Positions 6,945 to 15,876 are shown, counted from the first letter of the stretch. The stretch is DNA of 35,171 nucleotides from a virus (IMGVR_UViG_3300020161_000951:1-35171), one strand, 5' to 3'. Notes: generated from the letters alone by a model not told the origin. Made by a program: numbers and translations.

Positions 6945-7408
6945 TGCCAATAATTCCAGGGGTATCAGCATCGTCTGATGGACGTCAACCGACAGCTCCA
7001 ACAATAGGAACTGCAACTGCTGGCAACGCTTCTGCAAGTGTTCCTTTTACAAATCCATCATATTTAGGAAAGCCATCAACCAATAATATATATGTAGCAA
7101 TTTCTTCTCCAGGATCAGTTACAGCTTCTTCTGCTACTTCTCCAATATCTGTTACAGGATTAACAAATGGAACTGCCTATACATTTACAGTAACAGCACA
7201 AACAAGAAATACTGACAATAGTGTCATTGCAACATCAGCAGCATCATCAGCATCTGATTCTGTTACTCCAGTAGCCCCACCATTCTTCCCATTCTTCCCA
7301 CCTTCATTCCCATTCTTCCCACCATTCTTCCCATTCTTCCCGTTCTTCCCGTTCTTCCCATTTTTCCCACCGTTCTTCCCATACTTTGCACCATTCTTTG
7401 GATTCTAA
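6944..7408 (+). CDS. fibronectin type III protein with a 43-aa C-terminal Pro/Phe repeat tail
   Basis: Start MPIIPG by TAATG coupling; VTGLTNGTAYTFTVTA FN3 motif; (P)PFF repeats ending FFGF. Confidence 0.85.
   Translation: MPIIPGVSASSDGRQPTAPTIGTATAGNASASVPFTNPSYLGKPSTNNIYVAISSPGSVTASSATSPISVTGLTNGTAYTFTVTAQTRNTDNSVIATSAASSASDSVTPVAPPFFPFFPPSFPFFPPFFPFFPFFPFFPFFPPFFPYFAPFFGF
7277..7405 (+). repeat. coding tandem repeat, 9/12-nt units CCRTTCTTC / CCACCRTTCTTC
   Basis: Encodes 16 Pro and 23 Phe in 43 codons. Confidence 0.95.
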
Positions 7409-7459
7409 AAACTTTATTAAATTTTAGGTTTGTGGTATGATTATACAAAGGGGGTATTT

Positions 7460-8176
7460 ATGAATGATGAAAATTCAAATCACTGGTTTACAAAGGATAG
7501 ATCTGAAACATCAAGCAATAGAATAGTTAAAAAGTCACTAGACAATGGGGTATTGGTTGAAAATTTAGCATTAGGTGTCAATGCTTATCAAAATGTATTT
7601 TCATTAGAAGATTCTAAAAGATATATAAATACTCTTGAGTCAAATTTAAGCCAAGACAAAAAATATAATTGGTCGGAAGCACAAGTGACAAACTCTACAA
7701 CTCCAATTAAAAAAGCAAGAGACTGTGTAGATTTTAAATATAAACAAGAAAATTTAGGACCAAGGGATGAAAATAATTCAGAGCTTATAGATCTTCATCA
7801 AGAAATATATGAAAAACTAAAATATTGCGTAGATGACTATGCTGCATATTGGGGAATAAATGTAATATATTACGAAGCATTTAATTTTGTTAAATATGAG
7901 GGGGAAGGTTCTCACTTCAATATTCATGCAGACCATGGGCCAGCATATAATTGCACCGTATCAGCCGTAGTCTATATTAACGATGACTACGAAGGCGGAG
8001 AGTTAAAATTTCCAAGGTTAGATAATCTTGTCTATAAGCCAAAAGTTGGAGACATAGTGCTTTGCCCTTCAAATTATATCTATGAACATGCATCACTGCC
8101 AATAAAATCAGGAACAAAGTATTGTGTTGTAATAATGACAGATATAAATGAATTAGGTCATAAACATAATGGTTAA
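7460..8176 (+). CDS. 2OG-Fe(II) dioxygenase, prolyl-4-hydroxylase-like (1)
   Basis: HAD...YINDDYEGGE...YEH...GTKY; start moved to ATG 7460 (RBS AGGGGG, TGGTATGAT at 7433-7441). Confidence 0.9.
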   Translation: MNDENSNHWFTKDRSETSSNRIVKKSLDNGVLVENLALGVNAYQNVFSLEDSKRYINTLESNLSQDKKYNWSEAQVTNSTTPIKKARDCVDFKYKQENLGPRDENNSELIDLHQEIYEKLKYCVDDYAAYWGINVIYYEAFNFVKYEGEGSHFNIHADHGPAYNCTVSAVVYINDDYEGGELKFPRLDNLVYKPKVGDIVLCPSNYIYEHASLPIKSGTKYCVVIMTDINELGHKHNG

Positions 8177-8960
8177 TAAGTCTGATGTATCTTTAAATTT
8201 AATTAAATTTATATCTTATAGGCCATGGCTAAATAAAGAAAGTGTATCGGCTCCAAGTCCAACTAAAAATTCTATTCCTGAATGGTATAAAAAGGCCGAT
8301 AGGTTTGCCAAAAATCCTATTACAAATGAATACTGGAATGCTCCATCAACAATATGTCCATTTCCGAAAGAGGGAACAGAAAATGATTATGGAAAGATCC
8401 CAACTTGGAAAGCGTGTCCAGCTATTTTGGATGGGTTTACAAGTGGATATATATTAAAAACACCCTGTGACATTACTTTTTTTAAAAATGATAGTGGAAC
8501 TATTGATGTTAAAATATTAGATTCCAGATATCAAGATTTTTGTGGAAAAAGACCTCCAATGCCCCAATTTGAACATCCATATGGATTCTATAAAGATCAT
8601 TTTGCCTGGTATCCAGATTGGGCTATAGATTTACCAAAAGGATATAGTGCTATTTTTATGTCTCCAATGAATAGGTTTGATCTTCCATTTTTAAATACAA
8701 CTGGTGTTGTTGATGTAGATAGCGTTAACTTGTTAGGAACATTTCCATTCTTTATTCCAGAAGGTTGGGAAGGAACTATTCCTGCAGGAACACCATATAT
8801 GCAAATCTTGCCTTTTAAAAGAGAAAATTGGCAACAAGAAATACATATTCAACAAGAAAAAGAAATTTATGATAAAATGGTAGAGAACATGAAGTTTTAT
8901 CGTCAACCAGACGGCGGTATCTATAAAAATAAAGTTTGGTCTAAAAGAGATTACAACTAG
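8169..8960 (+). CDS. uncharacterised DUF6065/dUTPase-fold-like protein (1)
   Basis: WKACPAILD...GY and IPAGTPYMQILP motifs parallel those in 9648. Confidence 0.6.
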   Translation: MVNKSDVSLNLIKFISYRPWLNKESVSAPSPTKNSIPEWYKKADRFAKNPITNEYWNAPSTICPFPKEGTENDYGKIPTWKACPAILDGFTSGYILKTPCDITFFKNDSGTIDVKILDSRYQDFCGKRPPMPQFEHPYGFYKDHFAWYPDWAIDLPKGYSAIFMSPMNRFDLPFLNTTGVVDVDSVNLLGTFPFFIPEGWEGTIPAGTPYMQILPFKRENWQQEIHIQQEKEIYDKMVENMKFYRQPDGGIYKNKVWSKRDYN

Positions 8961-8970
8961 GGGGAACAAA

Positions 8971-9648
8971 ATGCAAACTTGGACAGAAAAAAAAGATTTA
9001 GGTAATGGAATTTTTTTATACAAAAATGTTATAAAAAAAGAATTTGATGTTATAAATAGATTAGAAAATACTTTAGGAGAACTTGCCCCAGTTGGAGAAT
9101 TATCCAAAGATGGAAATAAATACCACTGGATGCCAGCATATGTAGGATATAAAGAACTTATGCCACTATACAGAGACTGCTCCGATTTTAAATTTAAAAA
9201 GACTGATATACAACAAGATTCAGATCCAGCCTCTATAGCTCTTCAAGCACTTTGGCAAGATGTTTATGATGCACAATTCCACGCAGTTGAAGATTATAGA
9301 GCACAGCATAACATTATGGATTTAAAATATTGGGAAGCTTTTAATTTTATTAAATATGGTCCAGGACAACATTTCCAAGAACATCATGATCATGGATTTT
9401 CATATAATTGCACAGTTTCGTTAGTAGCTTATGTAAATGATGACTATGAGGGTGGAGAGCTGTATTTTAGACTTCAAAATTTAAGTGTTAAACCAGAGGC
9501 TGGGGACTTGTTTATCTTTCCTTCCAATTTTATGTATCCACATAGAGCAATGCCAGTTCATTCTGGAACAAAATATTCTATTGTCACTATGTTAGATTAT
9601 AATAAAAAATTTCACACTCCAGAAATGTATCGTGAAGACGAAGACTAA
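8971..9648 (+). CDS. 2OG-Fe(II) dioxygenase, prolyl-4-hydroxylase-like (2)
   Basis: HHD...YVNDDYEGGE...YPH...GTKY; close paralog of 7460. Confidence 0.9.
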   Translation: MQTWTEKKDLGNGIFLYKNVIKKEFDVINRLENTLGELAPVGELSKDGNKYHWMPAYVGYKELMPLYRDCSDFKFKKTDIQQDSDPASIALQALWQDVYDAQFHAVEDYRAQHNIMDLKYWEAFNFIKYGPGQHFQEHHDHGFSYNCTVSLVAYVNDDYEGGELYFRLQNLSVKPEAGDLFIFPSNFMYPHRAMPVHSGTKYSIVTMLDYNKKFHTPEMYREDED

Positions 9649-10376
9649 TGCTTAATATATCAATTGAAAAAAAACCAGAGTCTGTAATAAATATATCTCC
9701 AATGTCTATAAAAAGAGATTGGATGGATTTAACTCCAGAAAAACATGCCTATAGGTGTTTTCCAGTTACTCAAGCCAATATGATTGGCTGGAGTTTATCT
9801 TGCACAGAAGACATAGAGTTTGTTTGGAACGGAGTAAATGATACAGGTTCTGAAAATATTAATATTCTTAGTAAAAAAGATTTCTTATATACAGGAAGAG
9901 GTCAGGCAACAGTAAGCATAGTTACTGGATTAATATTTAGAACTGATGAAAATATCAGTATGTTTACTATAACTCCTGTTAACTATTTTGATGACAATTT
10001 TGAGGTTGTGTCATCTTTGATTAGCACTTCTTGGCTTGATACTGATTTTCCATTAGCAATAAAAGCAAAAACTGCAAACAAAAATATTTTAATTAAAGCT
10101 AACACTCCTATTGCACAGGTTGTTCCAATATCGCTTACTCAAATGAACAATACTTCAATTGATATTATTGATTTTTCTGATCCAGGACAAAAAAGACAAG
10201 AAAGCATAAAGTCTTATGGAGAAGAAGCACAAAAAATAAATTCAAAAGGAGAATGGACAGACTGGTATAGAGATGCTGTAAATGAAAAAAGAGAAACTGT
10301 TGGAAAGCATGAAGCAAAGGTTTTAAAACTTTCTGTTACAGATAATACTAAAAATGGAACCAATGGTATAATTTAA
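9648..10376 (+). CDS. DUF6065-like protein (2)
   Basis: RDWMD...HAYRCFPVTQAN..GW motif; IKANTPIAQVVP. Confidence 0.7.
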   Translation: MLNISIEKKPESVINISPMSIKRDWMDLTPEKHAYRCFPVTQANMIGWSLSCTEDIEFVWNGVNDTGSENINILSKKDFLYTGRGQATVSIVTGLIFRTDENISMFTITPVNYFDDNFEVVSSLISTSWLDTDFPLAIKAKTANKNILIKANTPIAQVVPISLTQMNNTSIDIIDFSDPGQKRQESIKSYGEEAQKINSKGEWTDWYRDAVNEKRETVGKHEAKVLKLSVTDNTKNGTNGII

Positions 10377-10378
10377 TT

Positions 10379-11050
10379 ATGGCTGACTTAGATAATGTTG
10401 TAACTAGAAAACCTTCCAAAACACCTTCTGGCTGGTTTGGTAGTGGAAAAGAAATGATTGTTGAGTTAGAGAATTTTATGACTCAAGATGAAATAGACTT
10501 TTTAGAAAAAGCTGCAAAATCTATAACAATTTGGGATGTAACAGAAAGTCATGTTAATGAAAATGGAACAGTCATATATGATTCAGACTATTGGAAAGAT
10601 AGAGTTGCTACTACTCCAAGTTTAAATAAAAATGATCCAAAAATAGCACCAGTTATTGCAAATTTATTTAAAAGACTAGAACCAATCATTGAAGATTTTT
10701 ATAAAGTTAAAGTTATTCCAACTGGAGCAACAATAGTAAAATGGCTTCCAGGACAGTATCAGCACCCTCACGCAGATAAAGAACTACATGAAGGTCCAGA
10801 TGCTGGATTGCCGAATGATTTTCCAAACTATGATCTTTCAAGTTTATTCTATTTAAATGAAGACTATGAAGGTGGAGAGCTGTATTTTCCAAATCAAGGT
10901 GTTCAATTTAAACCAAAAGTAGGTGCTGCTTACTTTTTCCCAGGTGATATGCATTATATTCATGGAGTGACTGAAATAAAAAGTGGTATAAGATTTACTT
11001 GCCCATTCTTCTGGGAAATTACAGAGCATACTGGAGATAAAAAACCATGA
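10379..11050 (+). CDS. 2OG-Fe(II) dioxygenase (3)
   Basis: HAD...YLNEDYEGGE...YIHGV...GIRF; leaderless promoter TGGTATAAT at 10364-10372. Confidence 0.9.
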   Translation: MADLDNVVTRKPSKTPSGWFGSGKEMIVELENFMTQDEIDFLEKAAKSITIWDVTESHVNENGTVIYDSDYWKDRVATTPSLNKNDPKIAPVIANLFKRLEPIIEDFYKVKVIPTGATIVKWLPGQYQHPHADKELHEGPDAGLPNDFPNYDLSSLFYLNEDYEGGELYFPNQGVQFKPKVGAAYFFPGDMHYIHGVTEIKSGIRFTCPFFWEITEHTGDKKP

Positions 11051-11796
11051 ATCTAAATAATAAAAAAAGAATTAATGAAGATTTGGTTGTCTACGAAAAT
11101 TTTTTAACTGCCGAAGAGTCAGCTAAAATTATTTTAGCATTAGAAAAACAAGCAGAAAATCAAAAGATTTCATGGACCCCTATATCTTTTTACGAATCAT
11201 ATTCTTCAGTATTGCCACAAGATAATGATCCAGAACTAGAAGAATTTGGATTAACTCCAACTATATTTTCAGATATTAAAAGTGGAATAATTAAAGCTGT
11301 AGCATCTGTCCATGACACCCCTGAAGAAAAAATTTCTCAAATAGGATATCATACACAAAAATGGGAACCAGGAGCTTTTGCCCGAATTCATTCAGATAAC
11401 ACAGATGAGCATGGAAATTTTGGAGCATTTGAAAGAAGTAGATATGCTGCATTTTTATATTTAAATGATGATTTTGATGGCGGACTATTAAAGTTTCCAG
11501 ATAGGGATGTTGAATTATCTCCAAAGGTTGGAATGCTGGCAGCATTTAACGGTAGCCACAACAACATGCATGAGGTAAGTATAATAACTAAAGGCATTAG
11601 GTATACATTGGGATCTTTTTGGGATGATAGAGAAGAGTCAGACTATCCAGAAGAGTTGAGAACTGCATGGAAAGAAGAGATGGACAAAGTTAGGGCTGCT
11701 CAAAAAATTGAAAAAGAAGAATGGCAAAATCTTCTTAAAGAAGGATATAAGTTGGATGAAAATGGAAATAAATATAGCATAGAAGAGTTAAAATAA
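11047..11796 (+). CDS. 2OG-Fe(II) dioxygenase (4)
   Basis: HSD...YLNDDFDGG...NMHEV...GIRY. Confidence 0.9.
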   Translation: MNLNNKKRINEDLVVYENFLTAEESAKIILALEKQAENQKISWTPISFYESYSSVLPQDNDPELEEFGLTPTIFSDIKSGIIKAVASVHDTPEEKISQIGYHTQKWEPGAFARIHSDNTDEHGNFGAFERSRYAAFLYLNDDFDGGLLKFPDRDVELSPKVGMLAAFNGSHNNMHEVSIITKGIRYTLGSFWDDREESDYPEELRTAWKEEMDKVRAAQKIEKEEWQNLLKEGYKLDENGNKYSIEELK

Positions 11797-11797
11797 T

Positions 11798-12457
11798 ATG
11801 GGTGCTTTTTTAGAAAAAGAACTAAATGAAAACAATTTTGAAATAAAAAAAATAGATGACAATATTATATTGGTAGAAAATTTTATTTCTAAAGAAGAAA
11901 TAGAAGATATTTTTAGCCTTATAAATAGTATTGGCGAAGAAGATTGGCGTATAGAATATTTAGGAAATTTAAAAAACTTTTGTCTTGAAAAATTTGGAAG
12001 AGATGATGTTGAAAATTTAGTAGCAGAAGGTAAATTTGAAATTACTCAAAACTGGGAAGATAAAAATTTTAACATACTTAATACTGAAATTCAACTCAAA
12101 ATTTATAAAAGATTGGGAGATCTTGTAAAAAACGCAGATCAGTCATTAGATCTTAGTGGTTTTGCAACTATTCAAAGAATGCAAGAAGGGGTAGAGCTAA
12201 AACCACATACCGACCAAGATACAGACCCATCCATTAGACATGCTGCAATTCTTTATTTAAATGAAGACTATTCAAAAGGAGAGATTTTCTTTTCTAACCA
12301 CAACATAGAATTAAGACCAAAACCAGGATCACTTCTTTTATTTCCAGGAACAAAAGACTATAATCACGGAGTAAGGCATGTTGGTCCAGGACCAATTAGA
12401 TATGTTCTGGTAGGTTTTATAAAGGTTAAGAATTTTTATGAAAACAATAAATACTAA
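11798..12457 (+). CDS. 2OG-Fe(II) dioxygenase (5)
   Basis: HTD...YLNEDYSKGE...YNHGV...PIRY. Confidence 0.9.
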   Translation: MGAFLEKELNENNFEIKKIDDNIILVENFISKEEIEDIFSLINSIGEEDWRIEYLGNLKNFCLEKFGRDDVENLVAEGKFEITQNWEDKNFNILNTEIQLKIYKRLGDLVKNADQSLDLSGFATIQRMQEGVELKPHTDQDTDPSIRHAAILYLNEDYSKGEIFFSNHNIELRPKPGSLLLFPGTKDYNHGVRHVGPGPIRYVLVGFIKVKNFYENNKY

Positions 12458-12469
12458 AGAGGAGATAAA

Positions 12470-13174
12470 ATGAACAAAGAGATCCTAGAAGAAAAAGTAT
12501 ACTATTATCCAGATGGCGTAAAAAATTTTACAGAACTAATGTCAACTATAGACCAAGTTGATTTAATTGAAAATGAAAGCCAATCTTCTTTATGGTTAGA
12601 CTGGACAGCATCTAACGATAAAAGTTTTATTTATGGTGTAACCAAAACGTTTGATCTAAATCAAATTAATACTTTAGAAGAGCCTTTAAAAAGCAAAATG
12701 GCTTTTATTTATAATACAGTTACAGAATCTTTTTATGACGTATGTAAAGACTATGCAGAGGCAATGGGAGATAACGATGAGCCAAAACTTTTTCCTACCT
12801 TTAATATTAAAAAATATCAAGCGGGAATTGGAATGGGATCACATTATGATCAACTAGATGGAGATAAAACTTTGCGATATTCTTTAGTTATGTATCTTAA
12901 TGATGATTTTGAGGGGGGAGAAATTTCTTTTGTTATGTCTCCATATGAAGATGTTCGTTCAGCGCCATCCCCAAGTCTTGATTATGATATAGCCTTGGCT
13001 AATAATGAAATTGCATTTGGTGTTAAACCAAAAGCTGGAAGTATAATTATATTTCCTTCTTCCGCACCTTATTATCATACTGCACACATTGTAAAAACAG
13101 GATTTAAATATATGGTTCCAGGTCATTGGATACATAATGATATGTCATGGAATAACAAACAAGAAACAATGTAA
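12470..13174 (+). CDS. 2OG-Fe(II) dioxygenase (6)
   Basis: HYD...YLNDDFEGGE...YYHTA...GFKY; RBS GAGGAG. Confidence 0.9.
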   Translation: MNKEILEEKVYYYPDGVKNFTELMSTIDQVDLIENESQSSLWLDWTASNDKSFIYGVTKTFDLNQINTLEEPLKSKMAFIYNTVTESFYDVCKDYAEAMGDNDEPKLFPTFNIKKYQAGIGMGSHYDQLDGDKTLRYSLVMYLNDDFEGGEISFVMSPYEDVRSAPSPSLDYDIALANNEIAFGVKPKAGSIIIFPSSAPYYHTAHIVKTGFKYMVPGHWIHNDMSWNNKQETM

Positions 13175-13177
13175 ATA

Positions 13178-13846
13178 GTGAAAACTGCCATAGTAACTGG
13201 AGCAAGTAAAGGCGTTGGACATGCTACAGTAAAGTTTTTATCTGAAAATGGATATAGGGTTATTGCTGTTTCTAGAAATTTATCTAAATTAAAAGAATTA
13301 ATATCGGATAATGTTGAAACATATCAACTAGACATTACAAATGAAAACCAAATAAAATCTTTTTTTGAAAAATATAAAGACATTACGCTAGACCTTTTAG
13401 TTAATAATGCTGGTGGTGGTTCAAACCCTAAAAATATTATACAAGAAACTATGGAAAATTTTAGGATTGCTTATGATATTAATGTTTCGGGACCAATGTA
13501 TCTTTCTCAACTTTTTGTTCCATGTATGCAAAGATCAGTATCACCAACAATTATTTTTGTAACTTCTATAGGTGGCAATGTCCCATATCCTGGGGGAGGT
13601 AATTATACAAATGCCAAAAGAGGTGAAATTGGGTTATTAGAAACTATGAGAATAGAGTTTCCATCATACAACATAAAAATTACTGAAATTTGTCCTGGAA
13701 CAATTGATACTCAATCAGAAAAAAAGGACAATGCATTGACGGCAGAAGATCTTGCTCAGTCTATTCTTTGGGTATCTTCATTGCCAAGTCATTTTAATGT
13801 AAATAGCATAAATGTTAGTCATATAAATAATTCTACATTTAGATAA
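13178..13846 (+). CDS. short-chain dehydrogenase/reductase (classical SDR)
   Basis: TGASKGVG, NNAG, catalytic S...YTNAK, PG motif; GTG start. Confidence 0.9.
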   Translation: MKTAIVTGASKGVGHATVKFLSENGYRVIAVSRNLSKLKELISDNVETYQLDITNENQIKSFFEKYKDITLDLLVNNAGGGSNPKNIIQETMENFRIAYDINVSGPMYLSQLFVPCMQRSVSPTIIFVTSIGGNVPYPGGGNYTNAKRGEIGLLETMRIEFPSYNIKITEICPGTIDTQSEKKDNALTAEDLAQSILWVSSLPSHFNVNSINVSHINNSTFR

Positions 13847-13853
13847 AAATAAA

Positions 13854-13875
13854 ACCCCCTAAATAAATAGGGGGT
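13854..13875. terminator. hairpin terminator between convergent genes
   Basis: ACCCCCTA-AATAAA-TAGGGGGT flanked by A/T tracts. Confidence 0.75.
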
Positions 13876-13891
13876 AATATTAATATTTTAT

Positions 13892-14467
13892 TTAAGCATA
13901 TTTGTTAGGAAACTTTGCTAACCATTTCTTAACAGGCGGAGTCTTGGCATATTTCCAAGATTTCCAATTTGTTCCACCTTGAGTCATAGCGTAAACAATT
14001 TCAGCATTTCTTACGGGGCTCATTAATTCTCCGTGATACTTAATGCCATACTTTTCTCTACGGTCTGGTCCAAGTTCCCCAATCATATTAATTTGAAATA
14101 ACCCATAGGAGTTATCACCAGTTTTAATGTTTCCGTTATATCTAATTGGTTGCCCATTAGATTCAGCCTTAGCTACCGCCCAAGCGGTCTTTAATCCATT
14201 ACCTCTAAAACCAACAGCCTTTAATAGATCAACTAGTTGACGATCAGTTAGTCTGTCTGCATTTTGATATTTTTTTAGTGCTATTTGATTTCTAACCTTA
14301 GAAACCAAAAATGCCCCTTTGGGGGCAGGATCAACAGATTTAACCGACGGTTTACTTAGTAAATTATTTTCAACTGTAACACTTATAGCATTAGCAGAAT
14401 TACTTATAGGTGCGAGCAATCCAACTATAGATAGGATTCCAATCCAAGCTTTCTTGTCTCTTCTCAT
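13892..14467 (-). CDS. secreted lysozyme-like / SLT-domain lytic transglycosylase
   Basis: Signal-peptide-like N-terminus; catalytic AES motif; SYGLFQINM; RBS GGAGG; minus-strand TGTTATACT at 14525-14517. Confidence 0.85.
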   Translation of the reverse strand: MRRDKKAWIGILSIVGLLAPISNSANAISVTVENNLLSKPSVKSVDPAPKGAFLVSKVRNQIALKKYQNADRLTDRQLVDLLKAVGFRGNGLKTAWAVAKAESNGQPIRYNGNIKTGDNSYGLFQINMIGELGPDRREKYGIKYHGELMSPVRNAEIVYAMTQGGTNWKSWKYAKTPPVKKWLAKFPNKYA

Positions 14468-14606
14468 AATAATAACCTCCTAGAGAACAATTGCTACCAG
14501 TTGGTAGCATGATATAAGTATAACATGAATTCTAGGTAAAAAGCAAGTTTTTGTAACATTTTTATAAATTAATAAAATAATATTTGACAGGTGGTATAAT
14601 AGATAA

Positions 14607-15137
14607 ATGGCTTCAGGAGAGACTATTACCTATGATTTACCGTATCCAATATTAACAGATCCTGTTAATGTTCACGAAGATATTCAGTCATTGGCTGAAG
14701 CAATTGATGCAATCTTGCCAACTATTGGAGTTGCATATCATACATTAGAAGTTAGAAATGTTAGTGGAGCATCAATTACAAAAGGTGATCCAGTATATAT
14801 TTCGGGGTATTCAACTAAACCAACAATTGCAAAAGCAAATGCATCTACTATAGGAACATTTCCAGTAGTAGGACTAGCTCAAACAAATATTGGAAATTCT
14901 ACTGATGGCGTTATTATTGTTTCTGGAATTTTTAGCGATATCAATACTAATTCATATACCGCTGGAAATGTGTTATATGTTGCAGCTGGTGGAGGGCTAA
15001 CCGCTACAAAGCCAACATCAAATGCTGTTTCAGTAGGTATTGTTGGAAAATCTAATTCAACAACTGGAATTATTATTGTTACATCTCCTAAGTCAGTAGC
15101 AGCTACTTGGGGAGCACTTAAGGAAGGTTTATTATAA
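14607..15137 (+). CDS. putative virion decoration/fibre protein
   Basis: YDLPYP N-terminus and NVSGASITKGDPVYI motif; leaderless TGGTATAAT at 14592-14600. Confidence 0.7.
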   Translation: MASGETITYDLPYPILTDPVNVHEDIQSLAEAIDAILPTIGVAYHTLEVRNVSGASITKGDPVYISGYSTKPTIAKANASTIGTFPVVGLAQTNIGNSTDGVIIVSGIFSDINTNSYTAGNVLYVAAGGGLTATKPTSNAVSVGIVGKSNSTTGIIIVTSPKSVAATWGALKEGLL

Positions 15138-15550
15138 TGGCAACATATAGAACTACAGGGCAGGATTCTTTTTCTGTTGGATCAAAACCACCAACAGTTA
15201 CTTGGACAGTTGTAAAAGGTGATACAGCAGCATTTAGGGTATATGTGACAGATGATAATCAAGATCCATTAGTGATTGCTGACTGGGATATTGAAATGGA
15301 AATTAAAAGACCAACTGTAGCAGGGGACATAGATAGTAATACTGCAGCACATGTAAGAACAATTTTTCCAGCAGCAGCAGCAGGGGATAGTGTAGGAGAA
15401 TTTACAGTATCTCTAACATCTGCCGAATCAAGAAGTTTAAATACTGGAGATATATTTGATATTGAATTAAGAGATGCAACCCGTGTATGGACAGTTGCTC
15501 GGGGATCAATGATTATAGTTGAGGATATTACAAATAACGAGGAATCATAA
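15137..15550 (+). CDS. Ig-like virion adaptor protein (GDTA family, paralog 3)
   Basis: WTVVKGDTA motif; TAATG coupling. Confidence 0.7.
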   Translation: MATYRTTGQDSFSVGSKPPTVTWTVVKGDTAAFRVYVTDDNQDPLVIADWDIEMEIKRPTVAGDIDSNTAAHVRTIFPAAAAGDSVGEFTVSLTSAESRSLNTGDIFDIELRDATRVWTVARGSMIIVEDITNNEES

Positions 15551-15855
15551 TGGCATCAGTCGCTATAAGTGATAAAGGTTTTATACCTTCCAATATAAAG
15601 TCAAAAAGTTATCCATTAACAGAATTAAATGACCTTAGTAATTTAACAACAGTTACAGATGTCAAACCTTTTTTTGCATCTATAGAATTAACAGACTATC
15701 CAGAATTAAATGTTATTGCAAACGAAAAAACCTCTATTGCTATTGAAGTTCTTCCATTTAGGGTTAGATTTACAACCATTGGACTCTTGGGAGCAAATGC
15801 TGGAATTCCAGGTATTGGACTTCAAATAATCGGTGTCAATAACTATATACTTTGA
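15550..15855 (+). CDS. hypothetical structural protein
   Basis: ORF track; TAATG coupling. Confidence 0.7.
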   Translation: MASVAISDKGFIPSNIKSKSYPLTELNDLSNLTTVTDVKPFFASIELTDYPELNVIANEKTSIAIEVLPFRVRFTTIGLLGANAGIPGIGLQIIGVNNYIL

Positions 15856-15876
15856 AATATATGATATAATTCCATT

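Noticed and set aside
7277-7405. CRISPR array or non-coding microsatellite
   Set aside because: No spacers; units are codon multiples that vary at synonymous positions, so the repeat is coding.
7460-13174. DNA base-modification (TET/JBP or AlkB) role for the oxygenases
   Set aside because: Motifs match the P4H-like YLNDDYEGGE group, and no methyltransferase or nucleotide-kinase genes are adjacent. Not formally excluded.
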